Origin: an uncultured Clostridia bacterium
GTDB taxonomy: Bacteria; Bacillota; Clostridia; TANB77; CAG-508
Direction of reading: 5' to 3'
Assembly: GCA_944392105.1 (NCBI GenBank)
Contig: CALXVM010000008.1
Coordinates: 2,148 to 66,147 of the forward strand
DNA length: 64,000 nucleotides
The notes beneath the pieces were generated by a model that saw nothing but the letters and a program-made list of their open reading frames with translations, was not told the origin of the DNA and made no database searches. Of this stretch, positions 1 to 8,736 are shown piece after piece. Position 1 is the stretch's first letter. The number at the start of each line of letters is the position of its first letter. The translations under genes were made by a program, and so were the position numbers.

Positions 1-2173
1 AATCTCCCGAATTTAGTTTTCCATCATTATTTGCATCTGCTGCTTCTCCATATGGCGTACCGCTTATATTTGCATCTTTTAGTAAATGTTTTTGTAGCTT
101 TAATAAATCACCAGAATTTATATTAGCATCTCCTGTTACATCGCCTTTTTTTACAATAGTGTATGTTTTTTTATTAATTGTGACTGTGTAACCTGTTCCA
201 ACATTTGTTTTTCCTGTAATTTCTTTGCCCTTGCTATCCTTTACAACAGCACCACTAAACGCACTTTTTATAGTATTTACATTTGATACTGCATCACAGA
301 TAACTTCTGTTCCATCCATTTTTACTTGGCTGTTTTTACTTGGAATATTTTCATCTGTTCCTTCATCTTCGCCTTCGTCTCCACTGTCTCCAGCTTCATC
401 TACTGGAACTATGTAATCTTCGTTGCTGTCGCCTCTTGCTACATATCCTATAATACCATTATAGCTTACTTTATCCCAAATATATCCATCTTTGCTTGAC
501 ACATTTTTCTGCATTCTAGTCATTGTGTCACCTTTATATGCTGTTGTTAAAACTTTAGAACCTGTTCCAGGCGATTCTCTTACATTTACGCCTGCGTTAT
601 TTACAACTTTTACTTGATCATATTCGCTTGAATCTGACCACTTTTCTATATATCCATTACCTACATAGCCTTGTCTTCCATCTGGAAGCTTTACTCTATA
701 CCAACTCTCTCCATCAACATTAGGATACTTATCTTTTTCTATTACTGTAAGCTCTTGTCCTGGAGCTAAAGTCTCCAATATAGTTGTGTTTGTTACCCCT
801 GGTCCGTTTCTAAAATTAGTATATGCTGTAACTACATACTTTTCATTGCAATTTGTTATATCTGCAATTTGTGTAAGATAATTTCTTACAACATAGCCCT
901 TTCTTCCATCTGATAAAACAACTTTATCCCAATATCTCATAAATCTGCCATCTGGATCTAAAGTTTGAGATAACTCTATTCTTAAAATTTTGTCACCTTT
1001 ATTTAGTCTTGCAAGCTCTTCTCCCTCTCCTTTGCCTGCTAACACACGTACATTATCTGCGTTAATCTCAACATTTTGTGTAACTATTGTATTTGAGCCA
1101 GGACGCTCGCATTGTTTAGTTGGCATATTTTCAAATACAGGTATCAAGAATATAAAATGAGAATTTTTATTTAGTTTTCCCATTTTGCTATATGCATTTC
1201 TAGTTTCTTGTCCTTCTGACTTAGATGCAGAAACATTTGTCATATATTGATGCCAATATAAATCTCCGTCACTATTATCTACATCAAATTTTTGTAAATA
1301 TAATGTATTTTGACCATATCCAATGTACTCATTTTTTACAAACTCTGCACCACCTATAATAGCCTTTTCTGGATCTGTCCATCCTTCCTTTTTAGCCTTT
1401 TCTAAAGCATTTGTAATTATAGCTAATGTACTTTCTCCTGTTGCACCAATATTATAGTAGTTATAATATCCTCTATAACCTTTGTTATAAGAACCATTTC
1501 CTGTTCCAGTTGCTGTTTCTGAAGCATTACCTGGTCCTTGTTCTTGTCTTATTCTAGAAGCTAAATGATATGGGCTTACATTATATTTTTTTCCTGCTTC
1601 CATAATTACTTGAGTATACGTCTTATTTATGCTTTTTTTAGATCCATCTGTTGCAGTATAATTTATTTTTCCCTGTAAAAAATTACAATCAGAAACAATC
1701 CATTTAACTCCTGCTTCATCTTGAACAGAACTGTTATAATTTAATAATTCGAATTGAAATACATCATTTGTATTTAAAGAATTTCTTGGATCCATGTAGT
1801 ACGCAACTGTTGCCTCAGATGCACAATACCAACCTTTTTCGTATTGTTTATTTTTGCACACAGGACATACCCACTCTGATGCACTATTATTTGTTAAATT
1901 TCTACCATGGTCTGCTGTTGTCTCATTTTTAATAACTTGGTTCCAATCTAACCCTGTTTTAAGCATTCTAAATTCACTATTAGGAAATTCTTTCTTAAGC
2001 TGATCTATAAGTTCTTGATAACCAGGATATTTACTAAAGTCATCCGTAGCAGCTTTAGAAATATTAGAAAGTAAGAATATAAATATATATGATAATAAAT
2101 TAATTACTATAACTATGTATAACATTTTCTTCAACATAACTCTACCGTTTCCCTTAAAAATGTCTTCCAACAT
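1..2173 (-). CDS. Secreted peptidoglycan hydrolase, C-terminus cut by window edge: GH73-like N-acetylglucosaminidase + three SH3b-like modules + dockerin-like repeat
   Basis: Absent from the supplied ORF track because it runs off the left edge. Own minus-strand translation starts at ATG 2171-2173, with AAAGGAGG a few nt upstream. It gives a hydrophobic signal (MLKKMLYIVIVINLLSYIFIFLL), then NVSPYHLASRIRQEQG, GQNTLYLQKFDV and HQYMTNV (GH73-type motifs). Three ~65-aa SH3b-like modules follow (ending GRKGYVVRNYL, GRQGYVGNGYI, GIIGYVARGD), then an acidic linker. GDVTGDANINSGDLLKLQKHLL ... DANNDGKLNSGD (dockerin/EF-hand-like) lies at the edge. Confidence 0.75.
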   Translation of the reverse strand, partial: MLEDIFKGNGRVMLKKMLYIVIVINLLSYIFIFLLSNISKAATDDFSKYPGYQELIDQLKKEFPNSEFRMLKTGLDWNQVIKNETTADHGRNLTNNSASEWVCPVCKNKQYEKGWYCASEATVAYYMDPRNSLNTNDVFQFELLNYNSSVQDEAGVKWIVSDCNFLQGKINYTATDGSKKSINKTYTQVIMEAGKKYNVSPYHLASRIRQEQGPGNASETATGTGNGSYNKGYRGYYNYYNIGATGESTLAIITNALEKAKKEGWTDPEKAIIGGAEFVKNEYIGYGQNTLYLQKFDVDNSDGDLYWHQYMTNVSASKSEGQETRNAYSKMGKLNKNSHFIFLIPVFENMPTKQCERPGSNTIVTQNVEINADNVRVLAGKGEGEELARLNKGDKILRIELSQTLDPDGRFMRYWDKVVLSDGRKGYVVRNYLTQIADITNCNEKYVVTAYTNFRNGPGVTNTTILETLAPGQELTVIEKDKYPNVDGESWYRVKLPDGRQGYVGNGYIEKWSDSSEYDQVKVVNNAGVNVRESPGTGSKVLTTAYKGDTMTRMQKNVSSKDGYIWDKVSYNGIIGYVARGDSNEDYIVPVDEAGDSGDEGEDEGTDENIPSKNSQVKMDGTEVICDAVSNVNTIKSAFSGAVVKDSKGKEITGKTNVGTGYTVTINKKTYTIVKKGDVTGDANINSGDLLKLQKHLLKDANISGTPYGEAADANNDGKLNSGD

Positions 2174-2263
2174 TTTTCCTCCTTTTGTACCAAATTTCCA
2201 CATAAAGTATATCATTCTTGTATATCTTAGTCAAGAAAAAAAGTGGAAGATTTTTGGAAATAT

Positions 2264-2310
2264 AAAGACATTACATAAGTTTTTAAAGACATTACATAAG
2301 TTTTTAAAGG
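2264..2310. repeat. 21-bp tandem direct repeat (AAAGACATTACATAAGTTTTT) x2 plus a partial third copy
   Basis: Read directly: units at 2264-2284 and 2285-2305, then AAAGG. It abuts the -35 box of the promoter at 2311, in the divergent region between the hydrolase gene and the small plus-strand ORF. Confidence 0.8.
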
Positions 2311-2339
2311 TTGCTAATTTTGTGTATAAATGATATAAT
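2311..2339 (+). promoter_or_regulatory. Sigma-70-type promoter TTGCTA - 17 nt - TATAAT
   Basis: TTGCTA at 2311-2316, a 17-nt spacer, TATAAT at 2334-2339. The RBS AAAGGAGG lies ~25 nt downstream, before ATG 2379. Confidence 0.55.
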
Positions 2340-2378
2340 AAATCTATGCAAACTTTATTATAAAGGAGGCGCTAACTT

Positions 2379-2600
2379 ATGAGCTATGGACGGAGTATGA
2401 AAGATTGGGAAGCCCGCGACGATGAGCGGCGTGAGCAAATATGGCTCGATGATTTAGAAAGAGCAATCGAAGCTCACGACAAAACCAGAGTGACCGAACT
2501 CATGAAGCTCGGACTAATCAATGTCTATGATTTTCCAGACTTTCCTGTAGGGTCATGGGCAAGAGATGAACTGGAACGGCTCAAAAGAGCTGGCTACTGA
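2379..2600 (+). CDS. Small hypothetical protein (73 aa) in a G+C-rich islet
   Basis: ORF with a strong RBS (AAAGGAGGCGCTAACTT-ATG) and its own promoter. Codon usage (GAGCGGCGTGAG, GCCCGCGAC) is unlike the AT-rich surroundings. I recognise no family. Confidence 0.45.
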   Translation: MSYGRSMKDWEARDDERREQIWLDDLERAIEAHDKTRVTELMKLGLINVYDFPDFPVGSWARDELERLKRAGY

Positions 2601-2720
2601 CTTTAAGTCATATTTCAAGCTTGTCGGCATGAATCCGGCTCCATCAGTATCATTAAGTTGCAAAAGTTGCTAGAAAAGATGCTCCTGCATTGGAGCACCT
2701 TTTCATGTAGAGAGGTATTT

Positions 2721-3596
2721 ATGAAAGAATTAATAGTCCCAGAAAAATTTAATAATAAAAAATTACAATCTTTTTTAACATATAGTTTTCCTAGCTTAAG
2801 TAATTCGCTTTTTTATAAAACCCTTCGTAAAAAAGATATTAGAATAAATGATTTAAGAATTAGCGAAAATGTTATATTGCACACTGGAGATAATGTAAAA
2901 ATATACATTTCTGATGAATTCTTATCTCCAGTCATTCAAAAGGAAATAAATGTTATATATGAGGACAGTAATATTATAATAGCAGACAAACCCGCACAAA
3001 TTGAAGTCGTCGGAAATAACAGTTTGACTACTTTATTAAAAAATCAGCTTAATTTACAATACTTAGAGCCTTGCCATAGATTGGACAGAAACACTACGGG
3101 ATTAATCTTATTTGCCAAAAATCAAGAAGCTTTAAATATTTTGTTAGATAAATTTAAAAATCACGAAATAGAAAAGCACTATCTTGCTATGGTATATGGA
3201 ATTCCTAAAGATAGAGTCAAAACATTGCAAGCATATTTATTTAAAGATAATAAAAAATCGCAAGTTTACATTTCGGAAGTGGCAAAAAAAGGATATGTCC
3301 CTATTACAACCAAATATGCAATTTTATCTACAAATAAAGGAAAAAATTATTCCGTCTTAGATGTTGAGCTGTTAACTGGCAAAACCCACCAAATACGTGC
3401 ACATTTGGCATATATCGGTTACCCTATAATAGGTGATGGAAAATACGGTAAAAACGAAATAAATAAAAAATTTGGAGTTAAAACGCAAAGACTTTGTAGT
3501 TATAAATTAAAATTTGCTTTTAAAACGGATTCTACCCTTTTAAATTACCTTAAGGGAAAAGAGTTTGTTTTGTCTGAAAAAAATTTTAATTATTGA
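2721..3596 (+). CDS. RluA-family pseudouridine synthase (S4-like N-terminus + catalytic domain)
   Basis: Catalytic motif HRLDRNTTGLILFAKN and C-terminal KTHQIRAHLAYIGYPIIGDGKYG. ATG 2721 (RBS AGAGAGG) is preferred over the track start 2658, which lies inside the upstream islet and hairpin. Confidence 0.9.
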   Translation: MKELIVPEKFNNKKLQSFLTYSFPSLSNSLFYKTLRKKDIRINDLRISENVILHTGDNVKIYISDEFLSPVIQKEINVIYEDSNIIIADKPAQIEVVGNNSLTTLLKNQLNLQYLEPCHRLDRNTTGLILFAKNQEALNILLDKFKNHEIEKHYLAMVYGIPKDRVKTLQAYLFKDNKKSQVYISEVAKKGYVPITTKYAILSTNKGKNYSVLDVELLTGKTHQIRAHLAYIGYPIIGDGKYGKNEINKKFGVKTQRLCSYKLKFAFKTDSTLLNYLKGKEFVLSEKNFNY

Positions 3597-3820
3597 ATTT
3601 TATTTAGTAATTTTAGATTATTTTACCAAATTAGATTAATATTCCAAAATAGTTCAATCTTAAAAATTAATATAAAAAAAATAGTTTAATATAAAAGATA
3701 TCCAATAGCCTGGCAATTAATTAAAACTGCTATACTATTGGATATTTTTTATCATACAATTATTTTTCTTTTTTTGTAATTCTTTGTTTTATTTTTCGAT
3801 TTTATTTAATTTAAGAGTAG

Positions 3821-3960
3821 ATCGTATCTTAATTTCTTAAATCAGGAAATTAAGATCTGGTCCCAATTTCTCAAATTAGGAATTTCAGATCTGGTCCCAA
3901 TTTCTTCTGACCTGTCCCCAATTTTCCAAATCGGGAAGTTGGGACCTGTCCCTAATTTCC
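3821..3960 (-). repeat. Family-A palindromic repeat array (about 4 units of GAYCTGKTCCCNAATTTC with short self-complementary spacers)
   Basis: Units AGATCTGGTCCCAATTTC (3855, 3887), TGACCTGTCCCCAATTTT (3909) and GGACCTGTCCCTAATTTC (3941). Inverted repeat ATCTTAATTTC/GAAATTAAGAT at 3827-3856. The terminal unit supplies GGA AAT TAG, the end of ftsH. Confidence 0.85.
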
Positions 3961-5748
3961 AATTAGCTGTTGGAATTCTTCTGCAGATATAATTTCTTTT
4001 TCTATTAATGCTTGTGCTACTTTGTCTAGCTTATCCATGTTGTCTAATATAAGTTTTTGTGCTTTTACGTATGCATTATCTATCATTATTTTTACTTCTG
4101 CGCCAACTGCATCGCCGAATTTTTCTCCAAATAGTTGTAGCTCGTATGGGTCTTTTTCTGTGTCTATATAAATTGGTCCTAAGTCATCACTCATGCCATA
4201 TTTTACTATCATGTCTTTTGCTATTTGTGTGGCAACTTCTATGTCATTGCTTGCACCAGTTGATATATCGTTTAATGCAATTTTTTCTGCAGCACGTCCG
4301 CCTAATAAAGAGATAAGTTTTTCTTCCATTTCTGTTTTAGATATATAATACTTATCTTCGTTTGTTTTATACATTGTGTATCCGCCTGCTACACCTCTTG
4401 GAATTATAGAAACTTCCTTAATATCTTTTTGTGTTTCTAGTTGACTACTAACTATTGCATGTCCTGCTTCGTGATATGCAGTTAATTTTTTGTCTTTTTC
4501 TGAAACAACTCTACTATGTTTTTCTACTCCTATAGTTACTTTCTTTGTTGCATCTTCTATATCTTTATTAGTTATAGCGTCATGTTTATTTATTGTAGCA
4601 ATAATTGCAGCTTCATTTAAAATATTTGCAAGTTCTGCTCCAGAAAATCCAGCTGTATCTTCTGCAATATTTCTTAAGTCAACGTCGTCTGCCAATTTCT
4701 TATCTTTGGCATGTATTTTTAGTATTGCTTCTCTTCCATTTAAGTCTGGTAGTGCAATATTTATTTGTCTGTCAAATCTACCAGGTCTAAGTAAAGCTTT
4801 ATCTAGCATTTCTGGTCTATTTGTTGCTGCTAACACTATAATGGTTTCTTCTGTATCAAATCCATCCATCTCTACTAATAACTGATTTAATGTTTGATTA
4901 TTTTCAGACTCTGCTCCACTACCACTTGTTCTTCTAGAACCTACTGCATCTATTTCGTCAATAAATACTATACATGGAGCTATTTTTTTAGCTTTTTCGA
5001 ATAATTTTCTTACCCTAGAAGCTCCAAGTCCTGCGAACATTTCTATAAATTCTGAACCACTCATAGAAATAAAAGGTACATTTGCTTCTCCTGCAATTGC
5101 TTTAGCAATTAAGGTTTTACCTGTTCCAGGTTTTCCGCAAAGAAGTACTCCTCTTGGAATTTTAGCTCCCATTTCATAAAACTTATCTGGATTTTTTAAG
5201 AAATCTACAATTTCTATCATTTCTTGTTTTTCTTCGTCTAATCCTGCAACATCATCAAAAGTTATTTTTGATTTTGTAGTTTCTGCATCATATACCTTGC
5301 TCTTATCTCCCAACCCTTGCAACTTAAATAGCATAACAAATAGTATTACTAGAAGTATTGTTGGCAATAGTGTAAACAAATTACTAAATATAGTTACAAA
5401 TAAATTAGGCTTTTTTTGATTAAGCTCTATATTGTTTCCATCTTCTACTTTGCTCTGAATTAGCTCAACAAATGCTTGAGTATTTGGAACAATACATGAC
5501 CTTTCGTCTGTCTCGTCTTTTAATTTAACTTTAACAGTTGTGCTACCTGTTGTCATTTCTACTTTTTCTACATTACCATTGCCAATTTCTCTAATAAGCT
5601 CTGTATATGCAATTTCGGTGTTGTCATCTTTTTTATTAGTTGTTACAACATATATTGTTAATGCAACTGCGACAATTACAAGCACTATTGCAGCTATTAA
5701 GAAATACATATTCTTCTTTTTATTATTTTTCTTTTCTTCTTCCTTCAT
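3952..5748 (-). CDS. ftsH: ATP-dependent zinc metalloprotease FtsH
   Basis: Two N-terminal TM segments, AAA+ Walker A GKPGTGKT, Walker B IVFIDEID, and zinc site HEAGHA. Confidence 0.95.
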   Translation of the reverse strand: MKEEEKKNNKKKNMYFLIAAIVLVIVAVALTIYVVTTNKKDDNTEIAYTELIREIGNGNVEKVEMTTGSTTVKVKLKDETDERSCIVPNTQAFVELIQSKVEDGNNIELNQKKPNLFVTIFSNLFTLLPTILLVILFVMLFKLQGLGDKSKVYDAETTKSKITFDDVAGLDEEKQEMIEIVDFLKNPDKFYEMGAKIPRGVLLCGKPGTGKTLIAKAIAGEANVPFISMSGSEFIEMFAGLGASRVRKLFEKAKKIAPCIVFIDEIDAVGSRRTSGSGAESENNQTLNQLLVEMDGFDTEETIIVLAATNRPEMLDKALLRPGRFDRQINIALPDLNGREAILKIHAKDKKLADDVDLRNIAEDTAGFSGAELANILNEAAIIATINKHDAITNKDIEDATKKVTIGVEKHSRVVSEKDKKLTAYHEAGHAIVSSQLETQKDIKEVSIIPRGVAGGYTMYKTNEDKYYISKTEMEEKLISLLGGRAAEKIALNDISTGASNDIEVATQIAKDMIVKYGMSDDLGPIYIDTEKDPYELQLFGEKFGDAVGAEVKIMIDNAYVKAQKLILDNMDKLDKVAQALIEKEIISAEEFQQLIGN

Positions 5749-6001
5749 CTAGTCAAATCCTTTCGATTACTGTTAATTTACTGTTTACAAAATTTATTTA
5801 TATAAATTTTATAAATTATTCTAAGTTAAGTTTTATTTATATAATTAAAATACCTATATAAACTATACATTATTCATTGTTTATATAATTTAAATTTTAT
5901 ACTATTATTTTCTGCTTTATTTTTTAGTTAATATAGATTCTTTCTATTCAAAATCTACTATACCTTTTCTTATTAAATAGGGATTTCTATTCTACTTATT
6001 A

Positions 6002-7120
6002 CTAAGCAGGTTCTTCGCCTTCGCTTTTTCCACTATCTTTTTCTCTTTTAGTTTCTTTATCTTTCTTTTTTTCTTGCTCTTTTTCCTTTTTTTCTTTTTC
6101 TTGTTCTTCTTTTTTAGTTTTTTCTCTTTCAGCCTCTTCCTTTTCTTCTTGTTTTTTTCTTTCCATTTCTTGTCTTACTTTTTCTTGTTCTGACATAATT
6201 CTATTCAACTCAGCTTGCTTTTTTATTACATCGCTTCTAATTATTAATACAGTAGCAACTACATATATACTTGCAATTGCAGTATATACTACTTGGAAAT
6301 ACTCTATAACAAATCCTGTAAGAATATTAGCTATAATGTATGCTAAATTTAGTATGACAGGAAGCGATAAAGAATATACAGCAATATTATAAGCAGCAGC
6401 AGGTTTTAATCTTACTCTAACAATAACAGATGTTATATAAGCAAGGATTGCTAAAAAGATTGCATCTATTAAAACTGTAGAGAAATATACTATAAACAAG
6501 TAAATTGTAGTCATTGCAAAGAAAGACATACACAATTTTATACTTCCGTCACCTGTTATTATAGAGATAATATTGTCTTTATTAAATTCGCCAATTTTAT
6601 ATTGCTGTGAAATATCTTTATAAGTCATTGTGGTAGTAATACTACTCATATCTGTTTTAGTAATTATTTTATCTTTTAACACTACAATACCACTAGTATA
6701 GTGTTTTATTTGCTCTGTGTATTCATCAATCTTGGCTTGTTCTAAGTCTGAAGTATCTATAATAAGCTTTCCTACAGGCAATTCTTCATTTTCTATAATA
6801 ATTGGCTTGTCCTTATTATTAGTTGGAACTATGCTTAAAACTCCGTCTTTAAATTGTAATGTTTCTATTTCATTACTTATATAATTTGCTAAGTCATTTA
6901 AACTTTGAGAAAATTTATAAGTTGTTGCTGCACTTACACATAAAGCAAATACTAGCATTAGTATTAACATATATATAACTGCTTTACTTATTTTTTGTGC
7001 AGCAAGTCTTGCATAATCTTCAAACTTAAATATTGATATTTTTAGCCTTTCGAAAAAGCCTATTTTTTCTCCTGTTTCCACGAAAATTCCCTCCATTACA
7101 ATTCTACATTTTCTTAACAA
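6002..7120 (-). CDS. Multi-pass membrane protein (DUF1189-like) with K/E-rich C-terminal tail
   Basis: The N-terminal FFERLKISIFKFEDY segment followed by several TM helices resembles DUF1189 proteins (from memory). The last ~70 aa are a lysine/glutamate low-complexity tail. The start is uncertain because the ORF overlaps the cysS end by 17 nt. Confidence 0.6.
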   Translation of the reverse strand: MLRKCRIVMEGIFVETGEKIGFFERLKISIFKFEDYARLAAQKISKAVIYMLILMLVFALCVSAATTYKFSQSLNDLANYISNEIETLQFKDGVLSIVPTNNKDKPIIIENEELPVGKLIIDTSDLEQAKIDEYTEQIKHYTSGIVVLKDKIITKTDMSSITTTMTYKDISQQYKIGEFNKDNIISIITGDGSIKLCMSFFAMTTIYLFIVYFSTVLIDAIFLAILAYITSVIVRVRLKPAAAYNIAVYSLSLPVILNLAYIIANILTGFVIEYFQVVYTAIASIYVVATVLIIRSDVIKKQAELNRIMSEQEKVRQEMERKKQEEKEEAEREKTKKEEQEKEKKEKEQEKKKDKETKREKDSGKSEGEEPA

Positions 7121-8504
7121 TCATTCCATCTTTGCTATCTTCTACTTGATATCCTACTTCTATTAACTTATTTCTAATTTCATCTGATAAAGCCCAATTC
7201 TTTTCAAGTCTAGCTTGCTTTCTTTGTTCAACAAGTTCTTTTATATCTTCTGGAAGGTCTACATTTTTTTGCTCATTTAAATATTTTTCTGAATTTTTTA
7301 TATCTAGTCCTAAAACTTCATCAAACTTTTCTAATAACTTAGCATATTGTTTTGACTTTTTATCACTCCTAACAATATCCCAAATTATTCCTATTGCTGC
7401 TGGTATATTTAAGTCATTATTTATTGTTTCCAAAAACTTATTTTCATATTCTTCAATATTTTTTTCTTCAATTTCTTCGTTTCCATTTAAGTGTTTTAAA
7501 TAGCCTTCTCTTAACCTATTTAAAGCCTTTTGAGAAGCCAAAGCCCCATCAAATGTAAAGTTAAGTTTTGTTCTATAATGTGCAGAATAGCAAAATAATT
7601 TATATGCTAAAGGCTCTATACCTTTTTCTTGTAAGTCAGATATTGTATAAACATTTCCTAAAGATTTTGACATTTTTCCGCCATCTACTAATAAAAACTC
7701 ACCATGCATCCATATTTTAGCATGTATTTTGCCTGTTGCACCTTTTGCCTGTGCTATTTCGTTTTCGTGATGTGTTGGTATGTGGTCAACTCCACCGGTA
7801 TGAATATCAAATTCTTCTCCTAAGTACTTTCTTCCCATTGCCGTACATTCTATATGCCATCCTGGATATGAAAGTCCCCATGGGCTTTCCCATTTCATTA
7901 TATGATTTTCTGGAGCCTTTATCCATAAAGCAAAGTCATAAGGATTTCTCTTTTCTGGGTCTACCTCAACTCTTGCTCCTGCTATTTGGTCATCTAAATT
8001 TCTATTTGATAAAACAGGGTATTTATCTAATTTAGATATGTCAAAATAAATTCCTTTGCTTGTTTCATATGCATAACCATTTTTAATTATTTCCTTTACA
8101 TATTCCAGCATTTCCGGAATATGGTCAGTAGCTTTTGCTATAATTTCAGGTCTATCTATATTTAGTCTGTCCATATCTTTAAAAAATGCTTTTGTATAAA
8201 ATTCTGCAATTTCGTATGGATTTTTATTTTCTTTTCTTGCTGCCTTTTCCATTTTGTCTTCGCCTTCATCAGCATCTGATTCTAAATGTCCAACATCTGT
8301 AATATTCATTACATGCTTTAAAGAATATCCATTATATTTTAAAACTCTTCTTAAATTGTCCATGAATATATATGACCTAAAATTACCTATGTGGGCATAA
8401 CTGTAAACAGTTGGTCCACAACTATATATTCTAACTTCATTTCCTACTAATGGAGTAAAATCCTCTTCTTTTCTTGTTAGAGTATTATATAATTTAACTT
8501 TCAT
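7104..8504 (-). CDS. cysS: Cysteine--tRNA ligase
   Basis: Class I motifs HIGN (YAHIGNFRSY) and KMSKS. Length and overall similarity are typical of CysRS. Confidence 0.95.
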   Translation of the reverse strand: MKVKLYNTLTRKEEDFTPLVGNEVRIYSCGPTVYSYAHIGNFRSYIFMDNLRRVLKYNGYSLKHVMNITDVGHLESDADEGEDKMEKAARKENKNPYEIAEFYTKAFFKDMDRLNIDRPEIIAKATDHIPEMLEYVKEIIKNGYAYETSKGIYFDISKLDKYPVLSNRNLDDQIAGARVEVDPEKRNPYDFALWIKAPENHIMKWESPWGLSYPGWHIECTAMGRKYLGEEFDIHTGGVDHIPTHHENEIAQAKGATGKIHAKIWMHGEFLLVDGGKMSKSLGNVYTISDLQEKGIEPLAYKLFCYSAHYRTKLNFTFDGALASQKALNRLREGYLKHLNGNEEIEEKNIEEYENKFLETINNDLNIPAAIGIIWDIVRSDKKSKQYAKLLEKFDEVLGLDIKNSEKYLNEQKNVDLPEDIKELVEQRKQARLEKNWALSDEIRNKLIEVGYQVEDSKDGMIVKKM

Positions 8505-8736
8505 AAATCCCCTTTCTTAAGCTTTATTTCTATTTATTATATTATTATAAGATTTTCATGCTATTGCAATTTTATATTATAATGTTTCTATGCTATTAAA
8601 ATTTTATACTATAGTATTTACGCACATCTCTAGTAAACATTATAAAATTTATTTTATTACTAAACTTATGTCAAGTATTTTTTTAATTATACTTGGCATA
8701 AGTTTTATTTTTTTATATAGACAACAATAATATTTG

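Noticed and set aside
2658-2720. The track start codon at 2658 for the pseudouridine synthase.
   Set aside because: The extension lies in the foreign G+C-rich islet and runs across a hairpin. ATG 2721 has an RBS and yields the usual N-terminus.
3821-3960. The repeat-spacer appearance of the family-A arrays (also 63044-63188) raised the question of a CRISPR array.
   Set aside because: The units are only ~18 nt. The spacers are 14-20 nt and partly complementary to the units. The arrays have at most 5 units. No cas genes are present. This fits REP/MITE-like palindromic elements better.
6002-6200. A purine-rich repetitive stretch that looks like a DNA repeat.
   Set aside because: It is the in-frame K/E-rich low-complexity tail of the membrane protein. 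It has no independent repeat structure.
8505-8736. A possible T-box leader upstream of cysS, and likewise upstream of alaS (53704-53890).
   Set aside because: No T-box consensus (…GGTGGTACCGCG-like) or specifier-loop architecture is visible. The cysS upstream region holds only AT-rich tandem promoter-like repeats and a hairpin.
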